A stretch of 64,000 nucleotides of DNA from an uncultured cyanobacterium (GCA_963765575.1 CAVXWZ010000002.1:160001-224000), one strand, 5' to 3'. Positions 31,745 through 42,163 are shown, counted from the stretch's first letter. Numbers and translations: made by a program. The notes: generated from the sequence alone by a model not told the origin.

Positions 31745-32493
31745 GCAGCCCCGGCGCCGCGGCCGCCATCGATTCCGACCTGCCGGCCCTGGCCCTGATC
31801 CCGGCACGGGGCGGCTCCAAGGGCGTGCCGGGCAAGAACCTCCGCAGCGTGGGGGATGTCGCTCTGCTCGCCCGTACGGTGCGTGCCAGCAGAGCGGCCC
31901 ACAGCATCGGTCCCGTGTGGGTGAGCAGCGACGACACGGCCATCGGCGCCCTCGCCGAGCGTGAAGGGGCCGGCTGGTTGCGGCGACCAGCCGACCTGGC
32001 CGGGGACAGGGCCTCCTCGGAGCAGGCCCTGCTGCACGCCCTGCACGCCCTGGCCCAGCGGGGACCCCTGCCCGGGCTGTTCGTGTTTCTGCAGTGCACC
32101 TCGCCGTTCACCCGCCCGGAGCACATCGATGCGGTGGTGGAACAGTTGCAGGCCAGCGACGCCGCCATGGCGTTCAGCGTTGTGCCATGGCACGGTTTCC
32201 TCTGGGGTCGCGATGGCAGCGGCCACGGCGTGGGGGTGAACCACGATCCCAGCCTGCCGCGCCCGCGCCGCCAGGATCTCCCCCCGACCTACCTGGAGAC
32301 CGGGGCGATCTACGCCATCCGCATGGGGCCCTTTCTCGAGCAGGGCACACGCTTCGTGCTGCCCACCCTGCCGGTGCCGATCGACGCTCCCGCACCGGAG
32401 ATCGACAGCGCCGAGGATCTCGCCCTCTGCCGACAGCTGGCCCCCCTGCTGGATCGGCCCCTGGCCGGAACCAGCGTGGAGATCACCCCTTGA
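31741..32493 (+). CDS. neuA: CMP-nonulosonate synthetase (acylneuraminate cytidylyltransferase)
   Basis: IPARGGSKGVPGKN, VSSDD, LQCTSP, RRQD, ETGAIY, EIDSAED; no C-terminal HAD domain. Confidence 0.92.
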   Translation: MSSPGAAAAIDSDLPALALIPARGGSKGVPGKNLRSVGDVALLARTVRASRAAHSIGPVWVSSDDTAIGALAEREGAGWLRRPADLAGDRASSEQALLHALHALAQRGPLPGLFVFLQCTSPFTRPEHIDAVVEQLQASDAAMAFSVVPWHGFLWGRDGSGHGVGVNHDPSLPRPRRQDLPPTYLETGAIYAIRMGPFLEQGTRFVLPTLPVPIDAPAPEIDSAEDLALCRQLAPLLDRPLAGTSVEITP

Positions 32494-33779
32494 GCTGCCT
32501 GCAGGGAAAACACGTCGCCGCCCTGGCCTGCTTCGATTCGTTCGGCAAGACGGCCATGAACCTTCTGCATGTGGCGCGGCGGGAGGGTGCCGAGACCACC
32601 CTGCACCTGATGGAGCTGCCGGGTCGCAAGCTGTCCCGCCGCCAGGTGCTGGAGATCCGCCGCATCGCCCCGCGCACAGTGGTGCGTCAGCACCTGTGGG
32701 ATCAGCTGCGCAGTCTGCGCAGCGAGCTGGCCTCGCTCGACGCCCTGGTGCTCGGCCTTGATGGGCGACGCACCCGGGAGACCCTGCTGCTGCTGCAATC
32801 GGAGTGGGCCGGTGAGCCGCGGCGGCCCGTGCTGGTGAGTGCCTACCCCGGCATCCTCTTCCGCCATCAGCTCGAGGGGATGATGGACCGCTCCGGCGTG
32901 GATCTGCTCTGCCTCAACGCCGACGTGGACGGGCAGCTCTACCAGCGCGGCTGTGGGGCCCTGGGACTCGATGGCGGCAACGCCCTGGTGACCGGCCTGC
33001 CGATCCTGTGGTCGCTGAAGCCGCGGCAGACGGCCCCTGAGCAGGGCCCGATCGTGTTCTTCGAGCAACCCTCGGTGCCGGACAACCCGATCCAACGCAA
33101 ATACCTCTGCCGCCGCCTCGCGGATCTGGCCCGGGCCTGGCCGGAGCAGCCGGTGATCTTCAAGCCCCGCACCTCCAGCGTGGAGGCCACCCTGCACCGT
33201 CACCACGGCGAGATGACCCGCCGGGTGGCCAAGATCAGCCGCAAACTCACCAACCTGCGGATCAGCCACAAGCCCAGCCTGGCGCTTCTGCAGCGCTGCG
33301 CCTGTGCCATCACCGTGTCCTCCACCGCCGCCATGGAGGCCATGGCCCTGGGGGTGAGCACCCGCATCGTCACCGACCTGGGGGTCAACGAGTCCCTCGG
33401 CAACCACTACTTTCTCGGCTCCGGAGCCCTGGCCGACTTCGACGCCATCGTGCGCGACCCCTTCACCCCCCGCCACGACGGAGACTGGCTGCACGCTCAC
33501 GGCTACTGCCGCGAGGGCGCGGAGCGCTTCGTGGCGGCCCTGACCGCCAGGCTGGAGCAGCCGCCGGTCCCCGGCGGCCAGGCCCGGCCTGGCCCTCCCG
33601 GCTGGGGCAGTGAGGCCTGGCAGGCCTACGCCCTGGCCCGGGGCGGACGGCGCATGCTCAGTTCGGCCGGCGCCCGCTCCCGCCAGGGGGCCAGCCACCG
33701 CGGCCGCGATCTGCTGCGCCGCATCCGCGAGCAACTGGTGGGGATGTGGGGGATGGAACGGCTGCTCAAGGGGCGATGA
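32490..33779 (+). CDS. DUF6716-type putative glycosyltransferase (paralog 1)
   Basis: SAYPGI, DLLCLN, TGLP, FFEQPSVP, IFKPR, TVSSTAAMEA, DLGV..LGNHYFLGSG; TTG start overlaps the neuA stop. Confidence 0.8.
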   Translation: MSCLQGKHVAALACFDSFGKTAMNLLHVARREGAETTLHLMELPGRKLSRRQVLEIRRIAPRTVVRQHLWDQLRSLRSELASLDALVLGLDGRRTRETLLLLQSEWAGEPRRPVLVSAYPGILFRHQLEGMMDRSGVDLLCLNADVDGQLYQRGCGALGLDGGNALVTGLPILWSLKPRQTAPEQGPIVFFEQPSVPDNPIQRKYLCRRLADLARAWPEQPVIFKPRTSSVEATLHRHHGEMTRRVAKISRKLTNLRISHKPSLALLQRCACAITVSSTAAMEAMALGVSTRIVTDLGVNESLGNHYFLGSGALADFDAIVRDPFTPRHDGDWLHAHGYCREGAERFVAALTARLEQPPVPGGQARPGPPGWGSEAWQAYALARGGRRMLSSAGARSRQGASHRGRDLLRRIREQLVGMWGMERLLKGR

Positions 33780-34840
33780 GGCTGGCCCTGATCAGTGATT
33801 CCGTGGCCGCCCTGCAGGCCAGCTGCCGCCTGGCGCGGCTGTTGGAAGCGGCTGGGATCGGCGTGACCCGGATCGTCTCGCCGGCTCTGCAGGCGCAGCT
33901 GCAGGGCCCCTCACCCGCCAACGCCAATGCCAACGCCGAGGCTGTACTCGTGCTGGAGCCACTCGGCCTCGCCAGCAGCGAGCTGATGGACCACTTCGAT
34001 GGGGCGGGGGTGTTCCTGGCACCCGAGCTGCTGCAGCCCTTCCGGAACGCCTACCGGCGGGCGGCCCAGCTGCGTGGCCGCCCCCCCCGGCCCCTGTTCA
34101 CCGGGCCGTTGCTGCCGCTGGTGGGCGATGGGCTGAGCGAGGATCTGTTGCCCCGGCTGGGCTACGACCTGATCTGCCTGCACGGACAGACGCAGGTGGA
34201 GGAGCTGGGCTGGCTGATCCAGGGCACGGCGCACGCCGCCCAGGTCCACGCCGCCATCGGCCTCTGGAGTGTGGCCACCGCACCGATCGGTCTGGCTGTC
34301 AGTGAGCAGCCGCAGGTGCTCATCCTTGAGCAGCAGGAGATCCCTGCGGGGGCCCGGGAGACGGCCCTGCTCTATCGCCGGTTCAAGGGCCTGGCCCTGG
34401 CGTCTCCGGACTGGATCGTGCGCCTGCAGCCCGACCAGCCGCTGCCGAGCGATCCCGAGCTGTGGAGTGAGGCGACGTTCGCCTGGCAGTACCACCAGGA
34501 CGGCGCCCGGCCCGCCAACCTCCAGCTGGGGCGGCATGACGACCTGCCCCTCAGCCTGATGCAGGCCTGGGCCTGCCTGGGGATCAGCTCGAGCTGGCTG
34601 CTGAGCGCCATGGTGTGGGAGAAGCCCACAGCGGTGCTGGGGGATTACGGCATCCGCACCGAGTTCGGCGGTCCCCTGTTCTTCGGTTCCGGCACGATGC
34701 GCCGGCTGGCGGACTGTCAGCCGTTGGAGCAGCTGCTCAAGGTGCCAGCGGCCAATCCCGGCTGGCTGGCCGACCTGGGCTGGGCGATTGACGATGGACC
34801 GCAACGGCTGCGCCGAGAGCTGGAGGCGCTGGCCCGATGA
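33776..34840 (+). CDS. DUF6716-type putative glycosyltransferase (paralog 2, divergent)
   Basis: RLALISDS, RLGYDLICLHG, ILEQQEIP, GDYGIRTEFGGPLFFGSG; ATGA coupled on both sides. Confidence 0.75.
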   Translation: MRLALISDSVAALQASCRLARLLEAAGIGVTRIVSPALQAQLQGPSPANANANAEAVLVLEPLGLASSELMDHFDGAGVFLAPELLQPFRNAYRRAAQLRGRPPRPLFTGPLLPLVGDGLSEDLLPRLGYDLICLHGQTQVEELGWLIQGTAHAAQVHAAIGLWSVATAPIGLAVSEQPQVLILEQQEIPAGARETALLYRRFKGLALASPDWIVRLQPDQPLPSDPELWSEATFAWQYHQDGARPANLQLGRHDDLPLSLMQAWACLGISSSWLLSAMVWEKPTAVLGDYGIRTEFGGPLFFGSGTMRRLADCQPLEQLLKVPAANPGWLADLGWAIDDGPQRLRRELEALAR

Positions 34841-36148
34841 CCCTGTCGTTGCTGCTGGTGGCCGACAGCGACAGCCAGTTGCTGGCCTGCCAGGCGCTGG
34901 CGCGCTGCGCCGATGGGCACCGGGCCCGGGTGACCGTGAACGCGGTGCCACGGGAGGGCACCCCCGCCGCGGTGCTGGAGGCGCTGCAGAGCGATCGGGC
35001 ATGTGCGGCAGCAGCCTCTGCGGCAACTGCTGGCCGACAACCGTCTGGATGACTTCGATGCCATCGGGGTGTACCTCACCGGCAGCAAGCTGGCGGAGTT
35101 CCGCAGCGTGTACCTCACCAGCCGCCGACAGCAGCAGCGGCCGCCGCGGCCCCTCTTCTGCGGCTTCAACGGTGTGGTGCTGCAGCGCTTCGAGGAGGCG
35201 ATCGCCTGGCGGCTGGGCTACGACCTGATCTGTCTCAATGGCCCCCGCGACCAGGCCCGGCTGGAGCTGATGCTGCGGCACACGCCCTTTGCGGGCCAGC
35301 GCTCTGTGCTCACCGGCCTGGGCCGCCAACAGGGCGGCGGGAGCGGCCTTGAGCGCGCCAAACGGATGGTGTTCGCCGAGCAGGTGGTGATGCCGGCTGA
35401 CGGGGACGAGCGCCGCCGGCTGGTGCGGATCCTGGCGGCCCTGGCCCGCCGCTCTCCCGATTGGGAGCTGCTGATCAAACCCCGGGTTGCCCCCCATGAG
35501 AGCACCTTCCACGCGGTGGGCACCCACATCAGCGACACCTTGGTGGAGACCCTGGGCAGCCCTCCCGCCAACCTGCGGCTCAGCTACGCGCCGCTGGCGG
35601 ATCTGCTGCCCAGCAGCCGCCTGCTGGCCACGGTGTCGTCCACCGCCGTCTTTGACGCCCTCGACCTGGGCTGCAGGCCTGTGGTGATGGGCGATTTCGG
35701 GCTGCGTCAGGATCTCGGCAGCCCGTTCTTCGCCGGCTCCGGGCTGCTGCGCAGTTTTGAGCAGGCCGCCGACCTCGACAGCCTCGCCTCCGGCTTGTCG
35801 CCCAACCCCGACTGGCTGGAGTGGGTGGGCTACCACCCCCGCTTCACACCCGACAACCTGCTCGATGCCTTGCAGGAGCTGGCGGACCAGCCCCGGCGGC
35901 CGGCGCCTGAACTGCAGCATCCGGGCTACACGATCAACGCCGCCGAGCTGGCCACCAACCAGCTGCGTCGGGCGGCAGAAGCCGCCATGCGCCGCGCAGA
36001 TCCCAACGAGGCGATCCGCCTGCTGGAGATCGCCCAGCTGCAGCGGCCCGACAATCGCAACATCGCCCGGCGCCTGGCAGCCATGCGCCTCACCAACCCG
36101 ATCGCACGCCGGCTGGCCCTGCTGGTGACGCCAGGCTTTCGGCCGTAG
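34837..36148 (+). pseudogene. DUF6716-type glycosyltransferase (paralog 3) with a +1 frameshift near 35000, probably a sequence error
   Basis: LLVADSDSQ in frame 34837; GFNGVV, RLGYDLICLNG, FAEQVVMP, IKPR, TVSSTAVFDA, FFAGSG in frame 35003; short TPR-like helical C-terminus. Confidence 0.78.
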
Positions 36149-36183
36149 ATTCAGCCCACCAAGACAAGTCAGGCGGAGAGTCG

Positions 36184-38469
36184 GTGCAAGCGGTACAGAT
36201 CGAGCGCAACTTCACCCAGTTCGTCGTCTTCGCTGAAGACTCGATCCTCTCCGCCCTCAACAAGATCACGGCCAACAAGTCGCGGCTGATCTTCGTGGTC
36301 TCGGAAGGCGGCATCCTGCAGGGGGTGCTCAGCGACGGCGATTTCCGGCGCTGGATCGGCGGCAGCGATGTGATCGACCTGGGCCGGCCGGTGACCGCGG
36401 CCATGAACCCCACCTGCGTCTCCGCCTGCGATGGCACTCCCGGCGCCGAGCTGGCGGACCTCTTCTCGCAGAAGATCCAGGTGATCCCGCTGCTCGACGA
36501 CCACGGGCGGGTGGTGGCCGTGGCCCGCGCCGCCAAGCGCCAGCTGCAGCTGGCCGGCCGCCCGATCGGAGAGGGCGCGGCCGCCTTCGTGATCGCCGAG
36601 ATCGGCAACAACCACAACGGCCGTGTCGATCTCGCCCTGCGGCTGATCGATGCCGCCGCCGCCGCCGGCGCCGACTGCGCCAAGTTCCAGATGCGCGACA
36701 TGGGGCGCCTCTACGTGAACGCGGGCGACAGCAACGACATGGCCTCCGACCTGGGCACCCAGTACACGCTGGACCTGCTGGAGCGCTTCCAGCTCAGCGA
36801 CGACGAACTGTTCCGCTGCTTCGAGCACACCAGGGCGCGGGGCCTGATCCCGCTCTGCACCCCCTGGGACGAGACCAGCCTGGAGAAACTCGACCGCTGG
36901 GGCATGGCCGGCTTCAAGGTGGCGTCAGCGGACTTAACCAACCACGGCCTGCTCAGCGCCATCGCCGCCACCGGCAAGCCGCTGATCGCCTCCACCGGCA
37001 TGGCCACCGAACAGGAGATCGCCTCCGGCATCCGCCACCTGCGCCGACAGGGAGCCTCCTTCGTGCTGTTGCACTGCAACTCCACCTATCCCACGCCCTT
37101 CAAGGACGTGAACCTGCGCTATCTGCCGCGGCTGGCGGAACTGGCCGAGGGGCCGGTGGGCTACTCGGGCCATGAACGGGGCTTTGCCGTGCCGATCGCG
37201 GCCGTGGCCCTCGGCGCGGCCGTGGTGGAGAAGCACATCACCCTCGACCGCACCATGGAGGGCAACGACCACAAGGTGAGCCTGCTGCCCGAGGAGTTCC
37301 AGGCGATGGTGGCCGGCATCCGGGCGGTGGAGGAGTCGATGGGCTCGGAGGCCGCCCGCAGCATCAGCCAGGGGGAGCTGATGAACCGGGAGGTGCTGGC
37401 CAAGAGCCTGGTGGCGGCCTGCCCGATCGCGGCCGGCACCCCGGTGACCCGCGAGATGGTGCGCATCCAGAGCCCGGGCCAGGGCCTGCAGCCCTACCGG
37501 CTCAACGACCTGCTGGGCCGCTCCCTGAGTGGCAGCAAGGGCGAGGGCGAGTTCTTCTTCGAGTCTGATCTGCATCGGCCCGCAGCCTTGCCCCGGCCCT
37601 ACCGCTTCGCCAACCGCTTCGGCGTGCCGGTGCGTTACCACGACCTGGCCAGTTTCTCCGGCGCCAGCAACCTCGACCTGGTGGAGATCCACCTCAGCTA
37701 CAAGGATGTGGAGGTGGACATCGACGCGGTGCTGCCCCCGCAGGTGCCCATGGGCCTGGTGGTGCATGCGCCGGAGCTGTTCGCCGGCGACCACACCCTG
37801 GATCTCTGCAGCCTCGATGCCGACTACCGCTGCCATTCGGTGGCCGAACTGCAGCGGGTGATCGACCTCTCCGCCCGCCTGCGCCGTCGCTTCAACTGCC
37901 CCGAGCCGGTGCAGCTGGTGACCAACGTGGGCGGTTTCTCCAGCCAGCGCCACCTGGGCCCCGGGGAGCGGGGGGCACTGCTGGAGCAGCTGGTGCAGAG
38001 CCTGCGTCAGCTGCACGGCGACGAGGTGGAGATCATTCCCCAGACCATGCCGCCCTTCCCCTGGCACTTCGGGGGCCAGCGCTTCCACAACCTGTTCGTG
38101 GACGCCGAGACGATCGAGGCCTTCTGCCGCAGCCAGGCCATGCGGGTGTGCCTGGATGTGTCCCATTCCAAGCTCGCCTGCAACCACCTGCACGAACCCT
38201 TCTCCGTCTTCCTGGAGCGGATCCTGCCGTTCACCGCCCACCTGCACCTGGCCGATGCGGCCGGCGTGGACGGTGAAGGTCTGCAGATCGACGAGGGCGA
38301 AGTGGACTGGGCCAGCGTGTTCCGCCTGCTCGATCAGCTGGCTCCGCGGGCCTCCTTCATCCCCGAGATCTGGCAGGGCCACAAGAACAACGGAGAGGGG
38401 GCCTGGCTGGCGCTGGAGCGGCTGGAGCACCACCAGCTTGCGCAGCAGCGCACCCCGGTCGCTGCATGA
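36184..38469 (+). CDS. neuB: Nonulosonic acid synthase (NeuB family) with N-terminal CBS pair, SAF domain and C-terminal AP-endonuclease-2/sugar-isomerase TIM barrel
   Basis: GVLSDGDFRR (CBS); IAEIGNNHNG, AKFQ, KVASAD, STGM, LHCNSTYP, GYSGH, EKHITLD; KSLVAA..SPGQG; CLDVSH, HLHLADA, PEIW. Confidence 0.92.
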   Translation: MQAVQIERNFTQFVVFAEDSILSALNKITANKSRLIFVVSEGGILQGVLSDGDFRRWIGGSDVIDLGRPVTAAMNPTCVSACDGTPGAELADLFSQKIQVIPLLDDHGRVVAVARAAKRQLQLAGRPIGEGAAAFVIAEIGNNHNGRVDLALRLIDAAAAAGADCAKFQMRDMGRLYVNAGDSNDMASDLGTQYTLDLLERFQLSDDELFRCFEHTRARGLIPLCTPWDETSLEKLDRWGMAGFKVASADLTNHGLLSAIAATGKPLIASTGMATEQEIASGIRHLRRQGASFVLLHCNSTYPTPFKDVNLRYLPRLAELAEGPVGYSGHERGFAVPIAAVALGAAVVEKHITLDRTMEGNDHKVSLLPEEFQAMVAGIRAVEESMGSEAARSISQGELMNREVLAKSLVAACPIAAGTPVTREMVRIQSPGQGLQPYRLNDLLGRSLSGSKGEGEFFFESDLHRPAALPRPYRFANRFGVPVRYHDLASFSGASNLDLVEIHLSYKDVEVDIDAVLPPQVPMGLVVHAPELFAGDHTLDLCSLDADYRCHSVAELQRVIDLSARLRRRFNCPEPVQLVTNVGGFSSQRHLGPGERGALLEQLVQSLRQLHGDEVEIIPQTMPPFPWHFGGQRFHNLFVDAETIEAFCRSQAMRVCLDVSHSKLACNHLHEPFSVFLERILPFTAHLHLADAAGVDGEGLQIDEGEVDWASVFRLLDQLAPRASFIPEIWQGHKNNGEGAWLALERLEHHQLAQQRTPVAA

Positions 38470-39247
38470 TGGCCGCCGACAGCGAGCGATCGGCTTTGGG
38501 CCAGCACTTCATCCTGTTCGAGCGCCTTCCGTTGATCTACGGACGGGTGCCGAAGGTGGCCAACTCCTCGGTGAAGGCGGCGCTCACCCGCCTGCTGGAT
38601 GAGCCGCCGGAGGAGGGCTGGCGTACGACCGCCGATGCCTTCTGGCGGGAGGGAACCCACGGGGAAACCAACCTGATCGATGCCGAGGCCGCCAGCCGGC
38701 GCCGCGCCACCCATCTGATTTTCAGCTTTGTGCGCAACCCCTTCGACCGGCTGGTGTCGGCCTACAACAACAAACTGATCGAGATCGAGCACCATCCCTG
38801 GCGCCATGGAGCGGATGGGGCTGGAGCAGCCACATGCCCTTCGAGCGCTTTCTGGAGGTGGTGGCCCGCACCACCGATGCCGATCTGGACGTGCACCTGC
38901 TGCCCCAGAGCTCGATCCTCTGTCGCGAGGGCGTGCCCGTGCCCGGCTTCATCGGCAAGCTGGAGGCGATGACCGACCATTGGCGGGCCCTGCGCCGCCG
39001 GCTGCGCCAGTGGGGACTGCCCGCCCTGGGCCGGCTGCCCGCCAAGAACGTGCGCCGGGGCGGCGACACCGACCTGAGTGGCTATTTTCATAGCCCGCGC
39101 CTGATCGAGCTGGCCCTGGAGCGCTATCGCCAGGACGTGGAGCTCTTCTACCCGGACCAGCCCGTCGCCGATCTGGCGCAGGGCCGGCTCACCCAGGCGC
39201 CTGCCGTGTGGGAGCGCTGCAGCGAGCCGGTGGGATCCCTGGCGTAG
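38466..39247 (+). pseudogene. Sulfotransfer_2-family sulfotransferase with two +1 frameshifts (about 38800 and 38833), probably sequence errors
   Basis: RVPKVANSSVK, FSFVRNPFDRLVSAY / MERMGL / MPFERFL..DVHLLPQ..FIGKLE..RYRQDVELF in three successive frames. Confidence 0.8.
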
Positions 39248-39276
39248 CATCCGCAACAAAGTCGACACTGTTCGCT

Positions 39277-40107
39277 TTGGGCCTCAACCGCCGCCTGCGC
39301 AAGGAAATCGAGGCGGGACTGAAGGGCGAGCACCAGCAGGAGGTGGACCATCACCGGCGGGTCCTGCCCAACTTCATCATCATCGGCGCGGCCAAGTCGG
39401 CCACCACCACCCTCACCACAATCCTGCCCCGCCACCCGGAGTTCTTCATCAGCAAGCCCAAGGAGCCGAAGTTCTTCGGGCGTCGCTACGACAAGGGCTG
39501 GAGCTGGTACGCGCGCCTGTTCCGGCAAGGTCGGGCCTATCCCCTGCGGGGCGAGGGCAGCACGATGTACGCCAGTGCCCTGAACAGCTTCCAGCACGCC
39601 CCGGCACTGATGCATCGCTACCTGCCCAAGTTGAAGCTGGTGTATGTGGTGCGCCATCCCCTGGATCGCATCGAGTCCCAGTGGCGCCACCGCATGGGGC
39701 GCAAGCGGGGCACGCCCCGCTTCGAGGCCCTGCTGCGCTCCCGCCATCTGCGCAGGCTGGTGGTGGGCTGTTCGCTGTACCACGAGCGACTGGAGAGCTT
39801 CCGGGCGTTCTACCCCGATCACCAGATTCACTGCCTCACCTTCGAGGATCTGGTGAATCAGCCCCAGGCCACGCTCCAGGAGCTGCTGGAGTTCCTGGGA
39901 GCCTCCAGCAGCCCAGAGCACGTGGAGCTGTTGTTGGATGAGGGGGGACTGCCCCGGGTCAATGAGGCCGGGGACAAGGGCCGCAAACTGATCCAGCCTC
40001 CTGTGTGGCCGGCAAAGTTGCGCAGTCAGGTGGCGGAGCTGCTGCGACCCGACGCCGAGCGCATGCTGGCCTACATGAACAAGCCCCCGGGCACCTGGGT
40101 GCTCTGA
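39277..40107 (+). CDS. PAPS-dependent sulfotransferase
   Basis: FIIIGAAKSATTTL (5'-PSB), KEPKFF, VVRHPLDRIES (3'-PB); start uncertain (TTG 39277). Confidence 0.88.
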   Translation: MGLNRRLRKEIEAGLKGEHQQEVDHHRRVLPNFIIIGAAKSATTTLTTILPRHPEFFISKPKEPKFFGRRYDKGWSWYARLFRQGRAYPLRGEGSTMYASALNSFQHAPALMHRYLPKLKLVYVVRHPLDRIESQWRHRMGRKRGTPRFEALLRSRHLRRLVVGCSLYHERLESFRAFYPDHQIHCLTFEDLVNQPQATLQELLEFLGASSSPEHVELLLDEGGLPRVNEAGDKGRKLIQPPVWPAKLRSQVAELLRPDAERMLAYMNKPPGTWVL

Positions 40108-42163
40108 TGCCCATGCCTCCCCATACGGCCCATCTCGATCCCCTGCTGGATGCCCTCGTAGCCGGTTTGCCAGCGGCGCAGCCGCTGCAGGCGGACGCAG
40201 CGACGCCAGGCTGGGTGGCCCTGACGGGTGCGACCAGCGCCCACCAAAGCCCCTCCTGGCGCTTTGCCGAGCGCAGCGGCATCACCGGCGTCGTGGTGTG
40301 CCGCGATGCCGAACAGGCCCAGCAGCTGAGTGCGTTGCGGGGAGCCGATGCGGTGCTCCATTCCACGGCCCCCCTGGCCAGCCTGCTGGGAGAGGGCGAG
40401 TTGTCCGCGGCCCGGCTGCTGTTCATCGAAACCGCCAGCGCCGCGGGCAGCGACCTCAAGCTGAAGCTGGCCACCCCACCGGCGCTGGTGATCGCCGCCC
40501 TGCCCGCGGCGGGCCTGCGCCGGCAGTGGGGGATCCGGCGCCTGCAGCGGCGGCTGGGGCGCGCCGGCTACGACTGCATGGCCATGGGACGCGGCGAGGC
40601 CATCTACCGGCACCGCAGCCTGAACAAGGCCGCTGGCACCCCTGGACGCGCAGCCGCGGCCACGCTGGCGCCCACCCTGCGGGTCCACAGCTTCGATTTC
40701 TGGGACACCCTGATCACCCGTTGGCACCCCGACCCCAAGGTGGTGTTTGAGGTGGTGGGGGAGCGGGCCGGGATCGTCGATTTCCGCAGCCTGCGGGTTC
40801 AGGCCGAGCGCGACGGCCAGACAGCAGCACGGCAACTACACCCTGGATCACATCTACGACGTGCTGGTGGACCAGGGCAGCATCCCCGCCCAGCGACGCG
40901 GGGCCATCCAGCAGCTGGAGCTGGCGGTGGAGCAGGAATTCGCCCAGCCGGTGCGGGCCAATCTGGATCGCCTGCGGGCCGGAGATGTGCTGATCAGCGA
41001 CATGTATCTGTCGGCGGATCAGATGCGCAGCATCGCCCGCCCCTACGCCGATCTGGATCGTCACCCCTTCCTGGTGAGCTCGGGAGGCAAGAGCAGCGGC
41101 TCGCTCTGGCGGCAACTGAAGCAGGCCGGCATCGCCGCCCGGCACCTGGGTGACAACTACATGGGCGACTACGTGCGCGCCGCCAGGCGGGATCACCAGG
41201 TATCCCTGGTGCGGGAGTGCCGCTACTCCCCCCTGGAACTGCGCCTTGAGCGGGAGGGGCTGGTGGCCCTGGCCAACCTCATGCGCCTGCAACGGCTGGC
41301 CATCCCCCTGGCCCAGCAGCGCCAGGGTCAGCCGGCCACCGGCATCGACGGACTGCTGACGGTGCAGCGCCGCTTCAACCTGCCCCTGCTCTATCTGGTG
41401 GCCCTGGAGTTGCTGCAGCGCGGCCGCAAAGCCGACGGGACCAACTCATCTGCTCTTCTGCTCCCGTGACTGCGGCTATCTGCACGGGATCTACCGCGCC
41501 ATGGTGAAGGCCTGCGAGCAGGGCGAGGACGACTCGGAAGCCCGGCAGTCTGGAGCGTGCCAGCCGTTGGATCATTACTACCTCACCTCGCGCAAAGCCA
41601 AGCGCAAGGCCTCAAAGGGCTACGTGGCCTACAGCCGCTCGTTGCTGACTGCTGACAAGGATAAGCCCGATGTGCTGGTGGTGGACGTGCAGGGGAGTGG
41701 TCGCACCAGCCATGACTTCTTCGGCAAGCAGCTCAATCTGAAGATTCGCCAGCTGTTCATTTACACGAACCAATCCAGCCTGCCCATCTACAATGCCGAA
41801 GGGTTGCTGCCGCGCCATTTCGTGCGGCGCCTGCTGCCCCAGGCCTGCGACCTGCTGGAGGTACTGAATTACTCCTGCGACCATTCGCTGCTGGACATGC
41901 ATCAACTGGGAGCCGGGGGCTTCATTCCTGAATTCGAGCCCGAGAACCGCCCGGAGCGACTGCTGGAGATCTGCCGGAGCTTTGAGATATTTTTCCATCA
42001 GGTAAAGCGGCTGATGCATCAGGCGCCCTTTCAGCACCTGTTCCGACAGCATGACCTGCAGAATTTTCGCAGCGAGCATCTCGAGCTGCTTCAGGAGGTC
42101 GACGGTCTGGAGGATTTGCGCCTGCTGCGCGAACTCTACCTGCCCCACCATCGCCGCCACTGA
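40107..42163 (+). pseudogene. HAD-superfamily protein of polysaccharide loci, two +1 frameshifts (about 40815 and 41440)
   Basis: SFDFWDTLI / YTLDHIY..LISDMY..HLGDN / HLLFCSRD..TSRK..VVDVQGSG across three frames. Confidence 0.72.

Noticed and set aside
32094..32489. N-terminal extension of the 561-aa ORF 32094-33779
   Set aside because: Lies within neuA; the DUF6716-like sequence starts at TTG 32490.
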